From assembly GCA_027083355.1 (NCBI GenBank), contig JALWOY010000069.1, positions 7,893-71,892 of the forward strand: a DNA stretch of 64,000 nt, written 5' to 3'. The DNA is from Phycisphaerales bacterium (GTDB lineage Bacteria > Planctomycetota > Phycisphaerae > Phycisphaerales > UBA1924). This document shows positions 9,789-17,535 of this stretch, piece after piece; positions within the stretch are counted from its first letter, which is position 1; every line of letters starts with the position of its first letter. The notes under the pieces were generated by a model that was not told the origin of the DNA, made no database searches, and worked only from the letters and a program-made list of their open reading frames with translations. A program made the translations under genes and the position numbers.

Positions 9789-11008
9789 TGCGCACAAGCA
9801 GACAGAACAGGAGCATTCCGATGACCATCAACACAAACATTCTCGGCGTCGTCTGCCTCGCCGTGCTCGCGCCCGTCGCGTTCGCCGATATCGAGCCGTG
9901 CGCTCCCGATTATTTCGCGACGATCGCGCCGGCCTCGTTCACGCGTGATGTCGAGATCGCCGGTGATTATCTCTACATCCTCGACGACACCGTCCTCGAA
10001 CAGGCCCAGACGGGGCTGCGGATTCTCGACATCTCGAACCCGGCGGCGCCGGTGTTCGTCGGGGCGTTCACCACGCCCGGGCAGGCGTCGGATATCGCGA
10101 TCGCGGGCGAGCGGGCGTACATCGCCGACGGCGGTATGGGGGGGCTGCTCGTGCTCGATATCTCCGACCCGGCCACGCCCGTGATGCTCGGCTCGCTGGA
10201 CACGCCCGGGGCGTGCCTGGCGGTGGACGTGGTCGGCACGACGGCCGTGGTCGCCGACGGGCATCTCGGCGTGCAGTTCATCGACGCGGCCAGCCCGGGG
10301 AGCATGTCCATCGCCTCCACGCTCGACACCGACGGGCTGGCGACCGACGTGCTCGTCGACGGCGACACCCTGTACGTCGCCGACCGGCACAACGGGCTGC
10401 TCGCCGTGGACATCACCGACCCGCTCAACCCCGCGATCACGGGGCAGGTGGGCACGCAGGGCGCCGCGTTCGGCCTGGCCCGCTCGCCCGTGGACGACTT
10501 CCTGTATGTCGCCGAGGCCGAGGGCGGGGTGATGCTGGCGGATGTCTCGATCCCCGGCTCGCCGGCGTTGATCACGGAATACAACACGCCGGGCACGGCC
10601 CGCGCGGTCGCGGCCTTCGGCACCGATGTCTATGTCGCCGACATGTACGGCGGGTTGCAGGTCCTCGACGCAAGCGATCCGATGTTCGTCGGGATCACCG
10701 ACACGTTCGCGACGGACGGCGCGGCGGCCTCGGTGGCGCTGATCGAGGGCACCGCGGGCGAGATCGCCTTCGTCGCCGACAACCAGGCCGGCGTGCAGAT
10801 TCTGAATCTTCAGCATTGCGATGACTGCCCGGCGGACTTCGCCTTCCCCTTCGGCATACTGGATCTTTTCGACGTCGACGCATTCATTCAGAGTTTCTAC
10901 CACATCGACAACGACGACCGGGCGGCGATGCTGGCCGAGCCGACCGATGTCGCGGATCTGGCGGATATCGTGGTGTTCCTGACGAGTTTCAACGCGGGGT
11001 GCCCGTGA
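9788..11008 (+). CDS. secreted LVIVD-repeat beta-propeller protein with C-terminal GC-type dockerin-like module
   Basis: ATG 9788 overlaps the upstream TGA (TGATG). Signal peptide is followed by about 7 repeats of G(L/V)xxxD(I/V)SxPxxP, which is LVIVD-type. The tail is CPADFAFPFGILDLFDVDAF...DLADIVVFLTSFNAGCP-stop. Confidence 0.75.
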   Translation: MRTSRQNRSIPMTINTNILGVVCLAVLAPVAFADIEPCAPDYFATIAPASFTRDVEIAGDYLYILDDTVLEQAQTGLRILDISNPAAPVFVGAFTTPGQASDIAIAGERAYIADGGMGGLLVLDISDPATPVMLGSLDTPGACLAVDVVGTTAVVADGHLGVQFIDAASPGSMSIASTLDTDGLATDVLVDGDTLYVADRHNGLLAVDITDPLNPAITGQVGTQGAAFGLARSPVDDFLYVAEAEGGVMLADVSIPGSPALITEYNTPGTARAVAAFGTDVYVADMYGGLQVLDASDPMFVGITDTFATDGAAASVALIEGTAGEIAFVADNQAGVQILNLQHCDDCPADFAFPFGILDLFDVDAFIQSFYHIDNDDRAAMLAEPTDVADLADIVVFLTSFNAGCP

Positions 11009-11035
11009 GCGGGAACCGGGCTCGGGTGGCAGCTG

Positions 11036-11515
11036 CTACGCCTTGCGGCTCATCTCCCGCTGGATTTCGCGTTTCATGTCGCGTTCCTTGATTGATCGCC
11101 TTTTGTCGTGCTGGGCCTTGCCGGTGCAGACGCCGAGGAGGATCTTGGCCCATGAGCCTTCGAAGTAGAGTTTCAGGGGGATGAGCGTCACGCCCTTCTG
11201 GTCGACCTGCCGCGCGAGGCGGCGGATCTCGCGTTTGTGCGCCAGCAGCCGGCGGCGTCGGCCCATCGCGTGCTGGGTCTGGCCCGCGGGCGGGTATTCC
11301 CCGATGGTGACGTTGTGCAGCGTGAGCTGCCCGTTCTCGACCGTGATATAGCCCTCTTTGAGCGAGACGTTCCCCTCGCGGACGGACTTGACCTCGGTGC
11401 CGACGAGCTGGATACCGACTTCCAGCGTGTCGTTGATGAAGTAGTCGTGCCGCGCCCGACGGTTCTCGATCGTCGGGGTCGCGGTCTTCTTCTTGTTTTT
11501 GGCGGACTTTGCCAT
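11036..11515 (-). CDS. smpB: SsrA-binding protein
   Basis: MAKSAKNKKK...IENRRARHDYFI...GIQLVGTEVKS...LLAHKREI..L......KGVTLIPLKLYF.....K..LGV..GK..HDKR, a canonical SmpB. Confidence 0.9.
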   Translation of the reverse strand: MAKSAKNKKKTATPTIENRRARHDYFINDTLEVGIQLVGTEVKSVREGNVSLKEGYITVENGQLTLHNVTIGEYPPAGQTQHAMGRRRRLLAHKREIRRLARQVDQKGVTLIPLKLYFEGSWAKILLGVCTGKAQHDKRRSIKERDMKREIQREMSRKA

Positions 11516-11578
11516 GCGCACAGGACGATAGGACGGGGACACCGGAACAGCCGACCGCGGATGCAACTCTCGGCTTCG

Positions 11579-12328
11579 TTATTGCCCCTCGGCCTTCACC
11601 CTGTTTCGCAGCACGCCGATCCCGTCGATCTCCACCTCCACAACATCGCCCGGCTGCAGGAAAACCGGGGGTGTCCTTCCCGCGCCCACGCCCGCGGGCG
11701 TGCCCGTCAGGATCACCGTCCCCGGCACCAGCGTCGTGCCCCGGCTCAGTTCCGCGATCAACGTGCGCACGGGGAAGATCATGTCGGCCGTGGACGCGTC
11801 CTGCATCGTCTCGCCGTTGACCCGGCAGCGGATGCCCAGCGATTGCGGGTCGCCGATCTCGCCCGCGGGCACGAGCCGCGGGCCGAGCGGGCAGAACGTA
11901 TCGAACCCCTTGCCGCGGTTGAACTGCCCCCCGCTGCCGTGCTTCTGCCACCACCGGGCGGAGACGTCGTTGGCGCAGCAGTAGCCCAGCACGGCGTCCA
12001 ACGCCCCGGCCTCGTCGGTTTCTTTGACCGCCTCGCCGAGCACCACCGCCAGCTCGGCCTCGAAATCGACCTGCCCCCGGCTCCGGCCCTCGCCGCCTCC
12101 GCCGGTCGCCTCGTCCGTGCAGCACGCGGGGATGATGATGTCGTCGCCGTCGGTGCAGGCGCTGGCGGGGTTCTTGCAGAACGTCATGGGCCGGTCCGGG
12201 ACATCCGCCCCGCGCTCGGCGGCGTGGGCGGCGTAGTTGCGGCCGATGCCGATGATGTGGCGGATCGGCAGAGCCGTCCCGGTCGGCAACTCGACCGCGA
12301 CGCCGTGGCGGATGTTGATGATCTTCAT
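11579..12328 (-). CDS. fumarylacetoacetate hydrolase (FAH) family protein
   Basis: 249 aa with ...IIGIGRNYAAHA...FEAELAVVLG...GTPAGVG...L.PGDVVEVEI.GIG.L.N, typical of the FAH family. Confidence 0.8.
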   Translation of the reverse strand: MKIINIRHGVAVELPTGTALPIRHIIGIGRNYAAHAAERGADVPDRPMTFCKNPASACTDGDDIIIPACCTDEATGGGGEGRSRGQVDFEAELAVVLGEAVKETDEAGALDAVLGYCCANDVSARWWQKHGSGGQFNRGKGFDTFCPLGPRLVPAGEIGDPQSLGIRCRVNGETMQDASTADMIFPVRTLIAELSRGTTLVPGTVILTGTPAGVGAGRTPPVFLQPGDVVEVEIDGIGVLRNRVKAEGQ

Positions 12329-12487
12329 GTGCGATTATTGGACGTGGCGGTGATCGGAGCCGGTGGCGCGATGAAATATCCCGGCAAGGGGGTTGACCCC
12401 GGCTTGTTCCGGCAGAGGATGGAGCGAGTGGCGGAGACCGGACGCCGAGCCGCCGGTCCGGCGCGCCGCCGAGTGGAGAGGGACCCG

Positions 12488-13447
12488 ATGAATCTCACGA
12501 TACACGCAGCCGTTCTGGTTTCGACGGGGGTCGTGATCACGTCCGTGCCGGCTCACGCCGACGAAATCACGATCGCGCCTTCCCGGGACGTCACCTTCAA
12601 CGAGGACACGTTCGGCGACAGCGGGAACGGCTCGGGCGAATATCTCTTTGCAGGCAGAAACGCCGTCGGCAGCCGCAAGCGGTCGATTCTCTTTTTCGAC
12701 ATCGCCTCGGCGTTGCCTGCGGGCGCGACCGTCGAGAGCGTCACGCTGACGTTGCACTGCAGCCGGACGTCGAGCGGGCTGCGGAGTGTCGGGCTGTACG
12801 CCGCGTTGGCGGACTGGGGCGAGGGCGCGTCGAACCCGCCCAACAACGAAGGCTCGGGCGGTCCGGCGGCCGAGAACGACGCGACTTGGATCTACCGCTT
12901 CTTCGTCCCCGGCGGGCAAGGCCCGACATGGAACACCCCCGGCGGGGATTTCCTCCCCGCCGCCAGCGCGGTCACGAGCGTCGGGAGCGAGGGGCAGTTC
13001 TATTCATGGTCGTCCGCCCAGATGGCCGCGGACGTGCAGGGGTGGCTCGACGACGCGTCGAGCAATTTCGGCTGGTTCGTCGTGGGGACAGAAACCCAGA
13101 CGCGGACGTCGAAGCGGTTCGACAGCCGGACCAACCCGGATCAATCATTCCGGCCTTCGCTGACGATCGTGTATTCCGCAACGGGCCCTTGCCCGGCTGA
13201 TGTCGCCGAGCCGTTCGGGGTGCTCGATCTGGCCGATGTGCAGGCGTTCATCGCGGCGTTTGTCTCGGGCGATCCGCTCGCTGATATCGCCGACCCGTTC
13301 GGGGTGCTCGATCTGGCCGATGTGCAGGCGTTCATCGCGGCGTTTGTCTCGGGCGATCCGCTCGCTGATATCGCCGACCCGGCCGGGGTGCTCGACCTTG
13401 CCGATGTGCAGGCGTTCATCGCCTCGTTCACCGCGGGTTGCCCGTAA
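12488..13447 (+). CDS. secreted protein with DNRLRE-like N-terminal domain and triplicated GC-type dockerin-like tail
   Basis: MNLTIHAAVLVSTGVVITSVPAHA signal peptide. The ...RSILFFDIASALPAGATVESVTLTL....LYAALADWGEG... pattern resembles DNRLRE-type domains. The C-terminus has three FGVLDLADVQAFIAAF units and ends in AGCP-stop. Only the 3' third of the 736-aa track ORF is taken as real. Confidence 0.7.
   Translation: MNLTIHAAVLVSTGVVITSVPAHADEITIAPSRDVTFNEDTFGDSGNGSGEYLFAGRNAVGSRKRSILFFDIASALPAGATVESVTLTLHCSRTSSGLRSVGLYAALADWGEGASNPPNNEGSGGPAAENDATWIYRFFVPGGQGPTWNTPGGDFLPAASAVTSVGSEGQFYSWSSAQMAADVQGWLDDASSNFGWFVVGTETQTRTSKRFDSRTNPDQSFRPSLTIVYSATGPCPADVAEPFGVLDLADVQAFIAAFVSGDPLADIADPFGVLDLADVQAFIAAFVSGDPLADIADPAGVLDLADVQAFIASFTAGCP
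13205..13444 (+). repeat. 84-bp in-frame tandem repeat (2 near-identical copies plus 1 diverged copy)
   Basis: 13205-13288 and 13289-13372 differ at a single nucleotide (gag to gac). A third, diverged copy spans 13373-13444. Confidence 0.9.
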
Positions 13448-13476
13448 AAAGATCGGTTCCGGGGAACCTCGCCGGA

Positions 13477-15444
13477 TCAGCCGGTCGCGTCCTGCTCGGT
13501 CTCGGACTCCGAATCGGCCCCGTTTTTCCGGAGTTGAACGTACCCGAGTCGGCTCGCCATGCTCTTGTAATCCAGCGGCGAATCGCCGTTCTGGGCCTCG
13601 TTGATGAGCCGGCGTGTCTCCTGAGACACAAGCCCGGCCTCGAATCGGCGGTAGTCCTCGATCGTCGGCGGGACCACCGCACGCACCCGTGCCAGCGCCA
13701 CCACCCGTGTCGCGGGCAACGCCACGGCGACTGTCGCTTTCTCCGGGGGCAGGCTGTCCGGCTCGGCACGCGGATCGACATCCTCGGCCACGGCGAAGAC
13801 CGCGTCCCTGAATGCCTTGTCGTCGGCGCGCGGATCCTGGAACGAGGTGAACGTCGCCGGTGTCAGGCCGTCCTTGAGCACGAAGATATTTTCACGGACG
13901 CGGACCGGGCTGTCGCTGTCGTCCTTTCGGAAAAGGTCCGTGACCGCGATCAGCCCGCCCTCGATCGCGATTCGGCGGTATTCGTCGATCTGCCCCGACA
14001 GTTGCTGGAAGGCCTTGAGCGATTTGACGTCGCGGACGAGTTGATCGCGGATATCGTCGACGCCGTCCGGGGGTGATTCGCCCCGGGCGTCGAGTACGGT
14101 GATGTAGTACCTGGCGCCGTCGCCGTCTGTCGCCACGGGGTCCGTGATCGGCAGCCCGATCTGCACGGGGATTGTGGAATCGGTGCCCACCCCGCGGACC
14201 AACACGGGCAGACGCGCCGTCGAGATTCTTTTGTTCCCCGCGCGGAAGCTCGCCCCGCCGATGCCGGGCAGCTGGCGGATCTCCGCGGGCGTGAGCCAGT
14301 GGTCGGTCCTCCGGATGATCGTCGGCATCGGGATCGTGATCCCGTGGCGATCCCTGACCGCGTTGATGAGGTCCTCGGCGATGCGCTCGTACGACGGCGG
14401 GGTCCAATCGTCGGGGACTTTGCGGTAGATACCCTCTTTCTCCAGCCCGCGCTGGGCGGCGAGGATCTCGCCCCGGATCAGCTCGTCCGCCTCGGACATG
14501 ATCTGCGTGACGGTCTCTTGTTTGATCTGGTTTTCGAGTTCGGCGCGGGCCTCGTCGAACGGGGTGCCGTCGCCCTTTTCCTGCCAGCGGCGTCGGACGA
14601 GCACAGGGTCTGGCGTGACCGACTCGGCGATCTTCCTCGGGTCGAGCACGAGCCACTCGAGCTTGATCCGTGCCGGCAGGAGATACCCGAAGCCGTACTC
14701 GTTGGCCTCGGTGTCGCCGGGGCGGGTGTTCTTGTACCGCTCGAGCTGGGCGGCGAGTTCTTCATCGGAAGGCTCGGGGATGTCGGCCAGGAGCAACTCG
14801 GGCCCGAGGACCAGCTGATCGGTCAGGACGCGTGTCGCCATGTCTTCCATCGCGCGAATGGCGCGTTGCTCGCTCAGCCTCGGGGCCGAGTCGTACAGCC
14901 TCCGCAGCCGCATGACGCCCCGGGCCTCGGACATGATCTGGTCGAACGTATCGCTGTTGAGGAAGCGGTTTCCGCGCATCATCGAGAGGCGTCTCTGCTG
15001 CAGACCCTTCGTGGTGGCGTCGATCATCTGGTTGACTTCGTCGGCGGTGAACCGCTGCCCCTGCCGGCGGGCGAGCTCGACCTGCGAGATCACGAGCCCG
15101 TAGGCCAGCTCGGGGATCCAGTCCTCGCCGTCCTGCTGAACCCCCATCACGCCGAGCCTTTTCGCCTCGTGCTTGAGCAGGAGCCAGTGGGCGGTTTTGT
15201 TGTCCGGGTCGATGTGCAGCAGCGTCAGCAGCTCGGGCAGGAACCGTTCGAGCACGTCCAGCTCGACATTCGCCCGCACCTGCTCGCCGAGGGTGATCTT
15301 CTGATCCCCGATCATCGCGACGGCTCGCTTGTTCGGGTCGGGCGTCAGGCTCTTGAGCACCGGCTGGAGCAGGAACACGACCATCAGCAGCGACCCGCCG
15401 ACGGCCAGGAGGATCAACTGGTATTTCCGCAGAAACTTGAGCAT
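13477..15444 (-). CDS. periplasmic chaperone, PpiD/SurA-like
   Basis: MLKFLRKYQLILLAVGGSLLMVVFLL membrane anchor followed by a long soluble domain. This is the N-terminal layout typical of PpiD-like proteins. Start placed at ATG 15444. Confidence 0.5.
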   Translation of the reverse strand: MLKFLRKYQLILLAVGGSLLMVVFLLQPVLKSLTPDPNKRAVAMIGDQKITLGEQVRANVELDVLERFLPELLTLLHIDPDNKTAHWLLLKHEAKRLGVMGVQQDGEDWIPELAYGLVISQVELARRQGQRFTADEVNQMIDATTKGLQQRRLSMMRGNRFLNSDTFDQIMSEARGVMRLRRLYDSAPRLSEQRAIRAMEDMATRVLTDQLVLGPELLLADIPEPSDEELAAQLERYKNTRPGDTEANEYGFGYLLPARIKLEWLVLDPRKIAESVTPDPVLVRRRWQEKGDGTPFDEARAELENQIKQETVTQIMSEADELIRGEILAAQRGLEKEGIYRKVPDDWTPPSYERIAEDLINAVRDRHGITIPMPTIIRRTDHWLTPAEIRQLPGIGGASFRAGNKRISTARLPVLVRGVGTDSTIPVQIGLPITDPVATDGDGARYYITVLDARGESPPDGVDDIRDQLVRDVKSLKAFQQLSGQIDEYRRIAIEGGLIAVTDLFRKDDSDSPVRVRENIFVLKDGLTPATFTSFQDPRADDKAFRDAVFAVAEDVDPRAEPDSLPPEKATVAVALPATRVVALARVRAVVPPTIEDYRRFEAGLVSQETRRLINEAQNGDSPLDYKSMASRLGYVQLRKNGADSESETEQDATG

Positions 15445-15524
15445 GTGGCAAACCCTGTCTGAGTGTCCCGGGGCGAGCACACAGTGTAGATCGCCCGACC
15501 GCCCCCCACCACGGCTCGCCGGAG

Positions 15525-15821
15525 CAAAGAGCCCGGAACATCAGCGACGGGCCGGGGATGCGGGTGCTGCTGTAGACCGCCCGGCCCTCGGCCCCGCGCT
15601 CACGCTTGGGGCTCTTTTGATCTCGCGGAATGGCGGGGTGCCGTGGGAACGCGCCGTTTTTCCACGATCAGCGGTGAGAACCGTGCAACACTCAGGGGTT
15701 CGCGTGAGAACCAACCCGGCGGCACAAAAGAGCCCGGAACATCAGCGACGGGCCGGGGATGCGGGTGCTGTTGTAGACCGCCCCCCGGCCCTCGGCCCCG
15801 CGCTCACGCTTGGGGCTCTTC
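15525..15821. repeat. two copies of an approximately 93-bp element bounded by 9-bp terminal inverted repeats (MITE/REP-like)
   Basis: Copy 1 at 15525-15617 and copy 2 at 15726-15821: aaagagcccggaacatcagcgacgggccggggatgcgggtgctg(c/t)tgtagaccgcc..ggccctcggccccgcgctcacgcttggggctctt. The ends AAAGAGCCC and GGGCTCTTT are reverse complements. Confidence 0.8.
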
Positions 15822-15871
15822 TTTGGAATGACGCGCGGCTGGCTCTGCGACTGATGCCGAGAGACCGGATC

Positions 15872-16903
15872 TCAATCGATTGTTTCGACGAGGTGGGTCC
15901 AGTCATGATCCACCGAGGTGTCGGTCGGCATCGCCGCTCGAATGCCGACGTTGGACATCCCGGCAGGAACTTCGTCCGGGCGCCACCCGAAGATCTGGTC
16001 GTGCACGCTGATGCCGTTTTTCGCCCGGATGAACGCGCCGTGCCCGTCGGAATAGATGAAGTTCGCGCCGGCCGTGCCGTGGTTGTCGACCTCGGCGTAC
16101 CGGCTCTCGGGGTCGTAGCCGACGCGCTTGCGGATGTCGTCGGACTGGTCTTCCCACCACGCCTGGATCACGTCCTTGCTGTCGGTTTCGTCGCCCCAGA
16201 TCGGGATGGGGACGGGGTACTTCCCTTCACCATACTGCAACCCGGCGACATAGAGATAGCTGACGTTGTAGTGGATGACGTCCAGTTCAGAGCCCGGGGC
16301 CTCCGGGGTCTTCATCGTGTTGTTCGCCAACGCCCAGTCGTAGTCGTTCTGATTGCCGTAGTTCGCACCGTAGTACATATCGCTCTTGTCCGAAGGACAG
16401 GTCAATACGCCGTAGCCGTCGGTGTACGAATCGAGAAGGGGAACATCGTTGCCGTCGTGATAGGCTCCGAACGGGGGCACGCCGGGGTTCGCGGCCGCAC
16501 CGAGACCGATGAATCCACGGTCGCCTTCCGGAACCTGGTCGTAACCCCTGAACTCGGCGTCGCCGACCTGGAAGAGGCTGAACAGCCCCGCGACCCCGCC
16601 GTAGATTTCTTGGTCGCGCAGCACGCGCGACAAAGGATCACCGTCCACCGTTCCGGCTATGAAATCGTGCTCGGCACCCCCTCCCCTCTGCATCGGCATG
16701 AGCGGGAACCAGTCCTTGTTGTCGAGGGCGTACGAGCTCATCATCGTGCCTACTTGCCGCTCATTTGCGAGGCACGCGGTCCGTTGAGCAGACTCCCGCG
16801 CCTTGCCCAGCGCCGGGAGCAGGATCCCGATCAGCAACGCGATGATCGCGATCACCACGAGGAGTTCGATCAAGGTGAATCCCGTCTTCGTGAGTCGTTG
16901 CAT
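15872..16903 (-). CDS. prepilin-type N-terminal cleavage/methylation domain protein (DUF1559 / H-X9-DG type)
   Basis: [39 protein letters not shown]... and C-terminal ...[18 protein letters not shown]. Confidence 0.85.
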   Translation of the reverse strand: MQRLTKTGFTLIELLVVIAIIALLIGILLPALGKARESAQRTACLANERQVGTMMSSYALDNKDWFPLMPMQRGGGAEHDFIAGTVDGDPLSRVLRDQEIYGGVAGLFSLFQVGDAEFRGYDQVPEGDRGFIGLGAAANPGVPPFGAYHDGNDVPLLDSYTDGYGVLTCPSDKSDMYYGANYGNQNDYDWALANNTMKTPEAPGSELDVIHYNVSYLYVAGLQYGEGKYPVPIPIWGDETDSKDVIQAWWEDQSDDIRKRVGYDPESRYAEVDNHGTAGANFIYSDGHGAFIRAKNGISVHDQIFGWRPDEVPAGMSNVGIRAAMPTDTSVDHDWTHLVETID

Positions 16904-17065
16904 GTGACACTCCCGGAGCGTGTTTGCCGCGGCCCGCCACGAGTGCCGCGGATTGATTCTGGATGTCGGGGGGGCCGTTTCGCCCTCGACGCCTTCTCGG
17001 ACAATAGCATGTTCATCTCATCGTGACAATTCTTGATTGCATATTGCCCGTGTTTCTCCGATCTG

Positions 17066-17125
17066 TGTTATAACAGTTTCGGGCAGGTGCTCGGGATATC
17101 GGGCTTGAATCTGTTGTATAACAGA
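17066..17125. promoter_or_regulatory. pair of palindromic operator-like sites in an AT-richer divergent intergenic region
   Basis: TGTTATAACA is a perfect 10-bp palindrome at 17066-17075. TCTGTT-gtat-AACAGA lies at 17110-17125. Both share the core TATAACAG. Confidence 0.3.
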
Positions 17126-17535
17126 CCGCCTTGATGGCCCATTCTGGCCGCCGATGTCGATCGAGTGTGCTGCCGGGCACGATAAACCAGATATTTGCCG
17201 TACTCTCTATGAAGATTCGGCACGCGGAGGCTGTTCAGGCACGCCGAACATGCCGTACACTTACCGATCTTGCGTACAAATAGCCGGGAAACACCCCACT
17301 TTCAGGCGTGGCCCCCTTGCGCTGTTCAAACAAATGCCTGTTCCGAACAAGGCTCCAATACCGTCCGGAATTCGGCATTCTTCCAGTTTTGAGTCGCCAC
17401 AGAACGCCCGAGCCGCTAGACTCTCCGTTGCGGGCCACCCTGGTTGGGGGGGCATCAAAACGCATATTCGTTTTGAGAAAGGTGAGCCGTTCACCATTTT
17501 CTGCACAATATCATCTGCATAGGGAGATCACTGCG

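Noticed and set aside
11237-12487. 5' two-thirds of the 736-aa plus-strand ORF 11237-13447
   Set aside because: This part overlaps smpB and the FAH gene on the opposite strand and translates to Arg/Pro-rich nonsense. A proper signal peptide with an ATG appears at 12488, which I take as the true start.
15329-17026. 565-aa plus-strand ORF spanning the 93-bp repeats and the DUF1559 gene
   Set aside because: It runs through intergenic repeats and lies antisense to a gene with an unmistakable prepilin N-terminus.
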